Made by a program: the position numbers and the translations under genes
Part shown: positions 22,381 through 35,787 of the stretch, in pieces
How positions within the stretch are numbered: the first letter of the stretch is position 1
Layout: the number at the start of each line of letters is the position of its first letter
Assembly: GCF_001194135.2 (NCBI RefSeq)
Contig: NC_068989.1
Location: forward strand, 5,608,782-5,672,781
Reading direction: 5' to 3'
Length of the DNA stretch: 64,000 nt
DNA from: Octopus bimaculoides
Taxonomy: Eukaryota
Notes under the pieces: model-generated
Seen by the model: the letters and a program-made list of their open reading frames with translations, nothing else
Databases searched by the model: none
What the model was told of the DNA's origin: nothing

Positions 22381-23282
22381 TGCAGGAAAGGGTGAAACAG
22401 ATGCAGGCATGGATGTATGGCAAGAAGCTCACTTTGCAACCACATGATTTGGGGTTCAATCCCACTGCACAGTACCTTAGGCAAGTGTCTTCTACTATTG
22501 CCCTGGGTCAACCAATACATATCCAGTGAATTTGGTAGATGAAAACTTTTGATGTTCTATATATACATATATACATGTGTGTGTGTGTGTGGTGTGATGT
22601 GATAAGTATCCAGACTGTTGCCATAGTAATGAAGCTGAAGAACACAGAGTGAAGCCCCTTGGCACAAATTGACCTTAAACTCTGTTGTGCATGTGCACTC
22701 AGTTTTAATATTCTAGTTCACTTCTGCTGTTTTCAGCAGTGCTTGGAAGGCAGGTGTGTAGTGTGTGATTGTTGAGATGGTGCTTATTACGTGCCACCAG
22801 CAAGAGAGCCAGTCAGGTGGCACTAGCATCGACCCATGGTTCAATGATTAAAACCAATATTGGTCTCTTTTGCTGAACCGCAGAGTTACGGGGACGTAAA
22901 TACATCAACAATGGGAGGGGGGGGAGAGAACAAACATACACACATACACACATATATATACAATGGGCTTCTTTCAGTTTCCGTCTACCAAATCCACTCA
23001 CAAGGCTTTGGTTGGCACAAGAAGACACTTACTCAGAACCATGTGGCTGGGAAGCAAGCTTCTTACCACACAACCATGTCTGTGCCTATGTTTAACATTC
23101 CTGTAACCAAGCGGTTTGGCAAAAGAGACTGATAAAAATTATTGAAGATGGAGCTCCAGTATGGCCACAGTCTAATGATTGTAACAAATAAAGAAATAAA
23201 GATGAAAGAAGCCAGCAAAGGAGCCTCTGGATAGTTTTACAAGCTTCTAGAAATAGCAGCTGAGTACTCCTCAAATTACATC

Positions 23283-23575
23283 ATCATCATCGTTTAACGT
23301 CCGCTTTCCATGCTAGCATGGGTTGGACGATTTGACTGAGGACTGGCGAACTGGATGGCTGCACCAGGCTCCAATCTGATTTGGCAGAGTTTCTACAGCT
23401 GGATGCCCTTCCTAACGCCAACCACTCCAAGAGTGTAGTGGGTGCTTTTACCTGTCACCGGCATGAGAGCCAGTCAGGCGGTACTGGCAACAGCCACACT
23501 CAAATGGTATTTTTTACGTGCCACCTGCACAGGAGCCAATCCAGCGGCACTGGCAACGACAAGTGCCAGTAAGGA
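23283..23575 (-). mobile_element. SINE family C (V-domain-like, RTE-type (GAT)n tail)
   Basis: Minus strand reads gtggttggcgttaggaagggcatccagctgtagaaac...catgctagcatggaaagcggacgttaaacgatgatg. Other copies lie near 8090, 12260, 17690, 18090, 31115, 39900-40430, 44545, 55500, 58590 and 63385. Confidence 0.75.
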
Positions 23576-23939
23576 GACACTGAGATTTTTAAAAAGTGCA
23601 TATTGAATAATGTGGTCCTGGATTTGCTGCACACAATTAAATGATCATAGGTTTACTCAGTCAGAACTGACCAAGGGATAAACGTCAACAAGCAACACAA
23701 CAATTTACAGTATTACTATTAAGTGCAACTAACACTGCCTCCTAAGCCACCACTTTTACATATCATCCGTCAATTACTGTCAACCACACCGTCACCTCCA
23801 CCAGCACAACACCTGTCAACGGTCACCACTACAACGACTAGGTCCAATGCAATAATCAGAGAAGAAACCGTCCAGAATGGAGAGAGAAAAACTGGTGTGC
23901 GTGTGAATGATTAAATTAGGAACATTAGAGTAGAACACA

Positions 23940-24355
23940 CAAAGACACACACACACACACACACACTTTCATAAACACACACAGACACACAAAGATATGC
24001 GCACATACACACTTTCATACACATAAAGATATACACACATACACATGCTCATACACACACAGACACACAAAGATGCACACACATACACACTTTCATACAC
24101 ACACATACAGGCACACAAAGATATACACACATACACACAAACAATGATATACACACAAACATACAGACACACAAAGATATACACACACGCGCTCATACAC
24201 ACACAAAGACACACAAAGATGCACACACATACACACTTTCATACACACAAACACACAAAGATATACACACATATACACTTGCATACACACACACAAAGAT
24301 ATACACACTTTCATACGCACACAAAGATACACACACAAACACAAACACACACTCT
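23940..24355 (+). repeat. CA-rich compound minisatellite
   Basis: Recurring acacacaaagat(a/g)cacacacatacacactttcat units. Confidence 0.85.
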
Positions 24356-25229
24356 ATACGCATAGTGTAACACAATGAAAACACTCAAACATTATTATGC
24401 AACTTTTGTTCTTTTACTTGTTTCAGGCATCGGACTGCGACCATACTGGGGCAGTACCTTGAAGGATTTAGTCAAACCAATCCACACTAATACTTGCCGA
24501 TATAATGTGTCTGGGACACATTCAATTGATCTCTTTTTGCTGAAACACTAAGTTATGTCAACCACAGACACACATACACAAACATACAGTGTGTGTGAAT
24601 GTATGTACACACATCATCATCATCATTATCATTTAACGTCCGCTTTCCATATTAAAACCATTATCATTAATATTATTTTTATTACATATAAAGCAACGAT
24701 CTGGCAGAATTGTTAGCATGTGGGACAAAGTGTTTAGTGGCATTTCATCTGTCCTCATGTTCTGAGTTCAAATTTCGCTAAGATCAACTTTGCATTTCAT
24801 CCTTACAGGGTCAATGAAACACATACCAGTTACACACTGGGGTCAATGTAATTGATTTAGCCCCTCCCCCCAAAACTGCTGACCTTATGCTAAAATATGA
24901 ATCCAATATTAGCCTCTTAGTATCCCCAATTGTCACACGTCCTTTGTCATTCCTGGTTACGTGGGCAGCCGTGATGCAATGAATAGATAAGAGTGTGTGT
25001 GGGAGAAACGAGGGGGTTGGACAGGAGTATTTCATTGTTAGCCATATTTTCCCGGGTAGCATAGTAAGAGGATTAGAAGAAAGTGGCTGAGTGATGGAGA
25101 GATGAAAGAGAAAGAGATGAAAGACGGTGAGATGAAGGATCCCAAAATCTGGGACCATTATTTGCTATTTGGTTTCTTTGTTGTTCTACTGTCACCAAAG
25201 TTCTGTGCCCTTGTGGCTAATAAAATAAA

Positions 25230-25873
25230 CTATCAACATCATCAGCATCATCATCATCATCATCTTTGTTTTCACTTTTGTTATTGCAATGCTAACGCCA
25301 TTATTGTTGTCGTTGATGTTATCATCATCATCATCATTATATTGAATGTGATGTGAGAAATCAATATTTTTTTAATGTAAGAAACAATTATAATTGTTAT
25401 TAATATTGATATTAGTTAATTGTTATCGCTTGTTGTTGTAGGAATTATTATCGTTATTACAATTATTATTATCATCATAATTATTGTTATTATCATCATC
25501 ATTACTGTTATGTGATGGTGGTGGTGGTGGTGGTAATGGTGGAGGTGGTGGTGATGGTGGTGGCGATGGTGGTGGTGGTGGTGATGGTGGTGGTGGTGGT
25601 GGTAAAGGTGATAATGTGACATTAATGAAACGGAATTGAGCCACTCCATTAAGTGAAAACTTTCAAAAACCAATTCATTCTATTATTGAANNNNNNNNNN
25701 GGTGAGGCGGAGGAGGCGTGGTGGTGAAGATGGAGAGGGAGGTGAGAGTATGAGGAAGCAGGGAGGCGGTGGGGGTTGCAAAGAAGATGTAGCTACAGGC
25801 TGGATTTATGACGAGAAGATGGAGAAGGAGATGGAGGACAGTGTGGGACAATTGTTAGGGATGATGGCATGAC

Positions 25874-25926
<53 letters not shown>

Positions 25927-26145
25927 CGACGACGACGACGACGACGATGTGTTGTGGACAATTACGACAAAGATGATGACGACGATGATGACAATGATCA
26001 GAAGAATGAATAAGATAACAGTGATAATATAAACGTTGATGATGATGATGATGATGATGTGGAAAAGATGATAGCAATGCTGATTATAATGACGATGATG
26101 ATGATGATGATAATAACTGAAATTATATCAGTTGCCATGATTATC

Positions 26146-26180
<35 letters not shown>
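25230..26180. repeat. Trinucleotide microsatellite block ((CAT)n, (GGT)n, (GAT)n, (TAT)n)
   Basis: Direct inspection; accounts for the poly-H/P/I ORFs here. Confidence 0.9.
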
Positions 26181-26181
<1 letters not shown>

Positions 26182-26386
26182 GAATCGTTAGCACGCTGGG
26201 TAGAACGCTTAGCAGTATTTCGCCTGTCGCTATGTTCTGAGTTCAAATTCCACCGAAGTCAACTTTGCCTTTCATCCTTTTGGGATGGATAAGTTAAGTA
26301 CCAGTGAGACATTGGGTTTGATGTAATCGACACGTCCCCTTCCCCCAAAATTTCAGGCCTTGTGCTTTTAGTAGAAAGGGTTGTTG

Positions 26387-26419
<33 letters not shown>

Positions 26420-27349
26420 GATAGAGAGAAGAGTTCTTTACTTTTGTATACATAGATATATGAACTTGTGCCTATTCTAAAAAAGGAAATATTTTGCTAT
26501 TTTATATTTAGTCAGCAAGATTTAGTCACATGATATGAATTCATGCACTGAAACATATTTTGGGAAGGTCATTGTGCCAACAATAAATACATGCATTGGT
26601 TCTATTCACTTCATTTTATATATTTGTTGATTGGTTGACTATTTTACCAATTAAGTAATCGACTTTGGTTAATCATTTGGTAAATCAGTTATGTTTGTCA
26701 AAGACCTTTTGTCACCATTCGTGTTCTCGTCAATGACATATCCTCTCTCCAGGTCAGTTTCAGGTTATGATTGATTGATTAACTGAATAATTAATCAAAC
26801 AATCAATTAGTTGATTCTTTTATCTTTCACCTGTTTCAGTTTTTGGACTGTGGCCATGACTGAAGGAAGTTTAGTTGAATATATCAATCCCAGAAATTTG
26901 TTTTTTAACCTGGTACCTGTTCTATTGGGTTCTTTTGCTGAACTGCTAAGTTACAGGGATGTAAACACACCAACACCAGTTCTCAAGTGGTGGTGGGGGG
27001 AACATACATAGATACAAAGACACACACATACACATACATACAATGGACTTCTTTCAGTTTCCATCTATCAAATCAATTTATAAGGCTTTGGTTGGCCTGA
27101 GGCTATAGTAGAAGACACTTGCCCAAGGTGCTATACCAGTGGGACTGAACCCAGAACCATGTGGCTGGGAAGCAAACTTCTTAACACAAAGCCATTCTTG
27201 CATCTAAATATTTAACCAATTCATTTTTCAGTTGGTTGAATAATTAACCAACTGAAAACTAATGAAATGAACTAGAATCAGTACATGTCATTATCATGGT
27301 CATTATGGTTCTCCTGAGATACAAAATATATTTTAATTGTCATAATTTA

Positions 27350-27720
27350 CAGCCTGACTTTTGTGTCTTTCCTCAGTGCCTGTCTGACCAATTTGGAGAA
27401 ATGTCATGTTTCTCTGACTCAGCAGGTCATCTGCTGTCAATGCCCACAACAAGGTGGGATTGGTATCCTGCAATAATCGATGCATAGACATGTGCAAAGG
27501 TGGTGCAACTTACAATGATTCATGTGTCTTGCATGGCTGTGGTCTCTCTTTGTAAGACGAGCCTTTTTTGCAGCCCTGGGCTAAGGAAAAAACTAAAACT
27601 GGACATCAAGCATCTGGAATGTTATCAGGAATGCAGAACCCTCAACTCGTCAGACAAGGTCATTCTTTGGAGTGCATTGTTAGCAATATACAGAGTCAAA
27701 AGTGCATTCTGAACCATAGG
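27350..27720 (+). mobile_element. Possible L1/Tx1-type LINE fragment downstream of the RT domain
   Basis: VSLTQQVICCQCPQQGGIGIL resembles the Tx1 post-RT GG(L/I)G motif; in-frame stops. Confidence 0.4.
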
Positions 27721-27756
27721 CTCATACAGCTTGGTTTCCTGTGGCATATACATTTC

Positions 27757-27759
<3 letters not shown>

Positions 27760-27795
<36 letters not shown>

Positions 27796-28347
27796 TGTTA
27801 TTTGTCAGTTGGTCTATCTAACTAGCTGGTTGTCTGTCTATCTATCTATCAACCTAGTTTGCTAACTGTCTATCTTTGAATCTATCTGTTTCAGCCTTTT
27901 AGTTTCTCTCTCTCCCTCTCCCCCCTCTCTCTCTCTATCTATCTATCTCCATTTGGTGAGTGCTATCCAATCTCACTCCTCTTCATTTCACTCTTTCTTT
28001 CTTTCTCTCTCTCTTCATTTCATTTTCCCCTTCTCTCTTTCTTTCTTATTTCTCTTTCTCACTTTTTCTCTCTGTCATTATTTCCTCTCTCCCGTCTCTC
28101 ACTCTGTCAATTCTCTTGTCATCTCTTTCTCTTATTCCCTGCTCTTCCTCCTCCTCCTCCCCCCCTTTTCTCTTCAAGTTTCTGGATTTTTCTTAACAAA
28201 CCACTCAACTAACACCACTACAAATTGTATCCAATCACTTTTAACTCATACTAACTTAGCTGTTTTTTGTCAGTCACTGCTATTGTTGTGGATGATGACA
28301 ATGATGATGATGATGATGATGGCGATGATGATGGCGATGATGATGGC

Positions 28348-28401
<54 letters not shown>

Positions 28402-29110
28402 GCTGCTGTTCATGGTGGTGGTAGTGGTCATGGTGGTGATGCTGATGATAATGATGATGATAATGTTGATAATGGTATTGATGATGGCGATGATAATGAT
28501 GGGTGGTGGCAGTGGCGGTGAGGGTGAAGCTGGTGATGGCGATGGTGATGATGATTGTGGTGGTGGTGGTGACAATGACAATGATAAAGATGATGATGAT
28601 GATGACGATGATGGCAGTGGTGATGATGATGATGATGATGATGCTGATGTTGAGGTTGACAATGGCAACAATGATAATGTTTACGTTTTTCAATATTTTT
28701 CTAGTTGTCACTCATAATGTTGGTATTGCGACTGAGGGTGATTATAATGCTGCTGCTGTTTTATAATTTGGAATGTTTTCCTCCTAGCTGTTTATCTTTG
28801 TTGTTATTGTTCTCAACTTTTGATGCTGCTGCTGCTACTACTACTACTACTACTACTACTACTGCTGCTGCTGGCGGTGGTGGTGATGATGATGCTAATG
28901 TTTATAGTCTAAATATTTTACTTTCTCTTTGCCATGGAGTTGCTGCTGCTACTGCTGCTGCTCATGATTAGCAGTGTCATCCTTGTCAATGTTGTTGGTG
29001 GTGGTGATGGTGGTGGCGACGGTGATGTTAGTTGTAATAGTGGTGGTGATGGTCATGGTGGGAATGGCGAAAGGTGGCGGCGAATGTTTATGAGTTACAG
29101 TGTATTTCAG
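27760..29110. repeat. (TCTG/TCTA)n, CT-rich and (GAT/GGT/GCT)n simple-sequence block
   Basis: Direct inspection. Confidence 0.9.
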
Positions 29111-29538
29111 GTTGCCGTTGTTGCTTTCATAATTATATCAATTAATTTCATAATTTTTTAACGACCATCAACTGAAGGGATAGTATGACATAATGTATTG
29201 AAATCTGGATGTCAATATTCAACGAGGTAAATTTGACAATAATTACAGAGGAAGAAATTACAGAAAACAACCATCAAATAAAGAATTTAAATTATTCTTC
29301 CTATAAAAATAATAATTATTACTATAATTATAAAAATAATTATTATTGTATTTTTTTATCATTATTTTTATAAATGATAATTATTTCTATAAAGGTACAA
29401 AACCTGGAATTAGGAAGTAGGAGGCTAGTCAATTACAATTACATCAACCCCAGTAGTAAACTGGTACCTATTCTATCGACCTCAAAAGAAAAAAAGGCAA
29501 TTGGTAGATGGAAACTAAAAGAAACCTGTTGTATATAT

Positions 29539-29745
29539 ACAGGGTGTGATGGGTAAATTGCCATTTTATATATACTTTTAATTTCGTGCAAGTGCACTGT
29601 TTATTCTTGATTTTGTTGACTACACAGTATAGTAGGGTCAGTTGGGTAACGTCTGTGAGAAAAACACCACCATCACACAATTCACTTTGCCCCCTTGATT
29701 ATTATGTGTGGGGCACAGTTGAGCAAGAGACCAACAAAACTCCAT
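29539..29745 (+). mobile_element. Tc1/mariner-superfamily remnant
   Basis: TA followed by cagggtgtgatggg, a TIR-like start. Downstream PPSHNSLCPLDYYVWGTVEQETNKTP resembles the SPD.NPLDY.VWG catalytic-tail motif. Confidence 0.6.
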
Positions 29746-30091
29746 GTGTGTGTGTGTGTGTGATTTTGTGTCTGTGTTTGTCCCCTCCACCACACACCAT
29801 ATCTATCTATCTATCTATCTATATATCTATCTATATNNNNNNNNNNNNNNNNNNNNNNNNNNNNNNNNNNNNNNNNNNNNNNNNNNNNNNNNNNNNNNNN
29901 NNNNNNNNNNNNNNNNNNNNNNNNNNNNNNNNNNNNNNNNNNNNNNNNNNNNNNNNNNNNNNNNNNNNNNNNNNNNNNNNNNNNNNNNNNNNNNNNNNNN
30001 NNNNNNNNNNNNNNNNNNNNNNNNNNNNNNNNNNNNNNNNNNNNNNNNNNNNNNNNNNNNNNNNNNNNNNNNNNNNNNNNNNNNNNNNNNN

Positions 30092-30142
<51 letters not shown>

Positions 30143-31857
30143 GAGACATGCAGGAAGTAAATAGACACCTTTAATTTTCAAAATTTCTGATCTAAGCGTC
30201 TTTAATATGTTTTCAGCAGTGTATAATTTACAATGTAATTATTCTTTTTCATTCCAGGTGCCATTATATTACACATTTCCGAAGAGTAACCATGCTACGC
30301 ATAAAAAATTCAGCAGAACTGTCAGACCAATAAAATAGATACTAGGCTTACAAGGAATAAGTCCTGGGGTGATTTATTCGACTAAAAGCGGTGCTCCAGC
30401 ATGGCTGCAGTCAAATGAGTGAAACATGTAAAAGAATAAAAGAATATATATATATATATATATATATGATAGGCTTCTTTCAGTTCCAGTTGACCAAATT
30501 CACTCACTAGGCTTTGGTATTGACCTGGGGCTATAGTAGTAGAAGTCGCTTTCCCAATGTGCCACGCAATGAGACTGAACCGGAAGCCATGTAGACTTTG
30601 AAATTCCTTGAGAAGGAGAGGAGAGAGATCTTTGTGGTACTCCATGGAGATCTTGCCAATTTCTGTAACTATTTTTTTAACCTGTACAATGTACAATTAC
30701 GACATTCACATACTTTAAAACACAAACAGTCTTGTAAGCAGATATCATTAAGCATCTTCTTTCTATTCACCATACAAGATGTACAACCTTCCAAATGCAA
30801 CATCAACCAGTTAAAAACCTTTCTCTGAAACGGCAAACTTACAGAATCACCTGTCAAATCTACCATTTTCTTTCTTTCCGGTGACAAGAAAGAATATAAA
30901 ATGTAATAACTAACCATCTGACTCAATAATATACATACACCACGTGCATTAAAAGACAAAATAATTCTAGGAATTATATATGGTGCTTCCACAACATTCA
31001 CAAAACAAACAGGGTATATCTATAGGTATGTTGATGGAACAAGGGAAAATATGACCCGTAAATGAGTATATTTTTATTAATATTTACCAGAAGTGACAGA
31101 ATAAATCAAAGTCTCAGGGTTTCGCGTTCATCATTGTTTAACGTCCTGCCTGCCATGCTAGGATGGGTGGGATGGTTTCACTAGAGCCAGCCAAGCAGAA
31201 GCCTGCACCAGACTTCTGTGACTGTTTTGGCGGGGTTTTTTTACAGCTGGATGCCCTTCCTAACACCACCTACTCAGCAGAGTGGACTTAGTGCTTTTTA
31301 TGTGGCACAAACACAGCTGAGGTTAGTTTTGGCAAGGCTTTTACAGTTGGATGCCCTTCCAAACACCAACCACTTTACAGAGTGGACTGGGTGCTTTTAG
31401 GTGGCACCTGCACTGACAGGGTCACCAAGTACTTCCAAGACAAAAAAAAAGTATCATATAAATAAATACATATATTAAAGACCCCCTTCAGTCTTCAATG
31501 ACCTTGGGATTGCACCTGGAAAGTTCCCCTCCAAGGCACAAGTCCAGCCAAGGTTGTTTATGGTAGACCAGCAGTCATCGATGCATTTCAGTCTCTTCAC
31601 TCCACACCACTGATGCTATTCAAGAGAAAGGCAAAGGGGCCAAGACAGCTTGGCATCAGTGATGTTAGAACTAATTTCTACAGTTGAGTGAACTGGAGCA
31701 ATGTGAAATAAAGTGTCTTGCTCAAGAACACAACACATGACCCAGTCTGGGATTAGAACTCACAAACTCATGATTGTAAGTTCGACGCTCTAACCACTGA
31801 GCCATGCATCTACACATAAATAAATTAACACACACACACACACACACACATATATAT

Positions 31858-31908
<51 letters not shown>

Positions 31909-31925
31909 GAGAGAAAGAGAGAGAG

Positions 31926-31956
<31 letters not shown>

Positions 31957-31964
31957 GAGAGAGA

Positions 31965-32330
31965 AACTCCATAAGATGCACCCAGTGTAAGCTTTGGACA
32001 CATAAAAGGTGCAGCAACATCAAAGAAAGATTAACAGGGAAAGTAACTTTTGTATGTGGAAGGTGCACAGGTAAAATAAATGCTGGAAATGTGCTGAAAA
32101 TAGACTCCATCACATGCCAGGGAGCAAGCTAGAGGTTGTAGACAGCTTCCGTTATTTAGGCGGCCAAGTTAGAAGTGGAGGTGGATGCTCTGAGAGCATA
32201 GCTGTGAGAATAAGATCAGGCTGGGCAAAGTTCAGAGCCCTTACCCCTGCTGGCAATAAAGGCCCTCTCTCTCAGAGTGAAAAGCAAATTGTTTGATGCC
32301 TGTGTGTGAACAGCTGTGCTGCATGGCAGC
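31965..32330 (+). mobile_element. RTE-type LINE RT fragment with a Cys-rich (PHD-like) insert
   Basis: NSIRCTQCKLWTHKRCSNI...FVCGRC followed (frameshifted) by LEVVDSFRYLGGQV...GGGCSESIAVRIRSGWAKFR. Confidence 0.75.
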
Positions 32331-32616
32331 CCCATCAAACCATCCAACCTATGCCAGCATGGACAACTGATATTAAATGATGATGATGCTGTTGATGATG
32401 ATATATATATCCTTAGGGCAGCTGAGGATAGAGGTATGCTGGATTGTTGGTATGGCTGTGGAATAATATTATAACACATCCTTTTGATATATATATATAT
32501 GTATATATATGGAAAACAGAAACACGGGAAAACCATTATGGATTATGCCGCTCCAGTCCAGATCACCAACTAGAAATTATATATGACGCTTCTACAATGT
32601 TCACAGCACACATAGG

Positions 32617-32687
<71 letters not shown>

Positions 32688-33039
32688 AAGGTAAGCACAA
32701 ACATGAGAAAGAGGAATAAGCCATTATAGATTATACCACTCCTGTGCATGTTAGCAATGTCTGCAGAACAAATTGTCATAAACGTGGAAGAAAATAAAAC
32801 TGTACATTTCAAATATCATCGCAGACCACATGCACAAACTACTGGCACCGCAAAAGAACGACATTAGTATTGTGCAAGGGAGGCGGGGTGGGCTGTTGGG
32901 TGGTATTTAATTTATTGGTTCTGGAAAGAGAGAAGGAAAAAAGAAGAAAGGATGAGTAGATACTGGAAATTTTGAACCCTGTACCAGAAGGGACGAAACT
33001 AGATAAAACAGTTTATCTGGCACTCTGCCAGTTACCACT

Positions 33040-33295
33040 CTTAGTAGTAGTAGTAGTAGTAGTAGTAGCAGTAGTAGTAGTAGTGGTAGCAGTAGTTGTA
33101 GTAGTAGTAGAAGCAGTAGTAGTGGCAGTAGTAGTGGAGGCAGTAGTAGCAGTGGTAGTATTGGTAGTAGTAGTAGTTGTAGTAGCAGTGGTAGTGGAAG
33201 TAGTTGTAGTAGTAGTGGTGGTGGTAGAAGTAGTGGTAGCAGCAATAGTCGTGGTAGTGGTAGTAATATTAATAGTAGTGGTGGCAGTGATATAA
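33040..33295 (+). repeat. (GTA/GCA)n degenerate microsatellite
   Basis: Direct inspection. Confidence 0.9.
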
Positions 33296-35262
33296 TGTTG
33301 CTCTAATTGACTCAGCTGAAAATGAGAAGCAGCTGATGCTGATGCAGCCCTCAATGTTCCACTGGATCAAAGGTGGAAAAACTAAGAATGTGCTTATGTT
33401 TGCTCACAGCAACATAGACACTAAAACAATGAGCAAAAGCATGGTGGAAAGCCCTTAGATGGCTTTTACTACCACATGTATAGCAGCTGGGTCACCTGCC
33501 TTGGATGCTGAATTTTAAGTTTTTCTCATAGCACCCTCTACAGAATACAGTATATTTTCTGGGTTTTTCACTTGTTAGTGACCCACTTCTGAGAAAGGGG
33601 CTGATTATGGTTATGCACTTCTTTGATTTTCTTCTTTAGGCTCATGTCAGCCCTCGTCTAGCAGATTTATGGTCAAGAGATTTGCAGTCATTATCAACCT
33701 GGTTTCTTGTGCATCAGGCACTATATTGTCTAATGTATAATTCATTATTTAAGATGAGGGTGTGCATTGAAGGAGACTTGGTTGCAATTTCTAGCAGTTT
33801 GAGTACCTACATAGACTCCCTTCTTGGTTCTAGAATGATGTTGATATGGATAATAGTAGCATTACAGGTGAGAGTAATTTAGTTTCAAATTTGGACACAA
33901 GGCCAGCAATTTTGGGGGAAGTGCTTAAGTCGATTACATTAATCTCAGTACATAACTGGTACTTATTTCATCAACCCTGAAGGAATGACAGGGCAAGTTA
34001 ACCTCACTGGAATATGAACTCAGAATGTAAAGATGGACAAAATGCTACAAGGCATTTTACCTGGCAAGGTAAAAATAATACTCTCACCTTTGAGGTGAGA
34101 GTATTATTAACAAATCTTGATGGTGGTGGCTGTGCTCCAGCATGATGAGAGTCCAATGATTGAAACAAGTAAAAAAAAAATAAAAGATATCAGAAACCAC
34201 ATCATCCATATAATTCTCTATTTCAAATGGGAAGGAGTGATTAGAGAGAGAGAGAGGGGGGGGGAGATTTGGCTGCTATATCTAGTAATCCAAGTAACCA
34301 CAAAGAGGCTCCTTAGTTGGCACATAAAAATAGGTGGAGTTGTCCAAAAGGAACAAATGACACAGTTGGTTGGTCAGTGTTTAAACAAACAACAAAACAA
34401 ACATTTCTACATCAAAGAGGCAGCAACTCCCCATCTCTCAGTAGAACTACCATCATCATCGTCATGATCTCTTGTCTTACTACTTTGCTCTCTTCAAGCA
34501 CCTACCACACCCTTCAGTGACATTTCAATGTTGGTGATAAAGTCAAGCAGCTGCTGAAGTTGGGATACAAGAGGTCACATGACCGGAATGGCTAATGTCA
34601 ACAACAGGGGTCAGTTTACCTGTGTGTAAATATATGAGACAGAGGGAGAAGAGAGAGAATGAAGTGGAGGGGAGAAAGAAAGAGAGAGAGGGAGAGAGGG
34701 GGAGTGAGAGACAGAGCAGAGCTGGACTAGAAGATGGTCACCTGATCCTAAAGTTTAGTCACCTGACCACTAACTTTCTATTACATTCATCTTGAAGCTA
34801 TTGATCCAATCTATTTCTGGACAGTTTCATTCCTGTATTTATGTGTACGCATGTGCGTGCGTGCATGCGTGCGTGTGTGTATATCCTTTTCTGACAGTAG
34901 AGAGCAAAGCTATAAATAACTGTGTAAATATATTTTCTTCTACTCTAGGCACAAGGCCTGAAATTTTGTGGAAAGGGAGGGGCCAACTGATTAGATTGAC
35001 CCCAGTATGCAACTGGTACTTAATTTATTGACCCCGAAAGTATGAAAGACAAAGTTGACTTCAACAGAATTTGAACTCAGAATGTAAAGACAGACGAAAT
35101 ACCGCTAAGCATGTATACTGTGTATACTTACTTACTTTCATTTTTTTTTCTCTTTTTTACATTGTATGTAAACCCCCACAATTTATGTCTGTTTTTGTAT
35201 TGTCTCCATCATCCTTCACCCTTGTGGCAAATGAATGAAATCACAATTATTATTATTATTAC

Positions 35263-35298
<36 letters not shown>

Positions 35299-35552
35299 CA
35301 TTATTACTAATTTTTCCACAATGGTACACAGTTTGGAAGTGGAACACACACAATTTAATCTATTTCAAGTGTTCTCGGAAAGACATAATTAAAGTTAATC
35401 TCAGCAGGATTTGTAATCAAAATACGAAGGTAAAAAAAAAAAAAAATCAAAAACTTAGACAGAAAGGAAAAGTAAACAATAAAACCAAAAATAGTTAAAA
35501 ATAAAACAAATAAGAAGAAAACAAGATTACAAAATAGCAATGGCCGACTCAC

Positions 35553-35787
35553 CAGCCCAAATCAGATGAAGTGCTTGAGCTTTCCTTGCTATGACTTTCA
35601 GCCATATTAGGCCATGTCCACAAACGACATCCACCATCAGACTTCTTGATCCACGACTGCTGAAAGGTTGTAAAATTCCCACAAGATTTGAGGCACATTG
35701 GGTTGCGGTGTACAGTATGGCGGCATAATGGTAAAGGTTGCTGCTGCGAAGGTGACTTTTACGGACGGAAGTTGTCTTTTGGTGCAT
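35553..35787 (-). CDS. C7orf25: C7orf25/UPF0415 homologue, most upstream coding exon found (MHQKTTSVRKSHLRSSNLYHYAAIL...LMVDVVCGHGLIWLKVIARKAQALHLIWA-G)
   Basis: Acceptor atattttccag|ATG (exon starts 35787, phase 0) and donor GCTG|gtgagt (phase 1). SHLRSSNL and VDVV..G..W.K.I.RKAQALH.IW match my recollection of vertebrate C7orf25 ([34 protein letters not shown]). Confidence 0.9.

Noticed and set aside
21719-22465. 248-aa hydrophobic ORF, and similar at 45902-46971
   Set aside because: Translation of GA/CT low-complexity tracts.
27953-28766. Long poly-M/D/H/V ORFs, also at 25416, 32907-33354 and 52773-54992
   Set aside because: Trinucleotide microsatellites are open in several frames on both strands; there is no protein-like complexity.
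35553-35659. Shorter exon using the NAGNAG acceptor at 35659/35656
   Set aside because: Homology (SHLRSSNL) and the open frame continue upstream to the acceptor at 35787.
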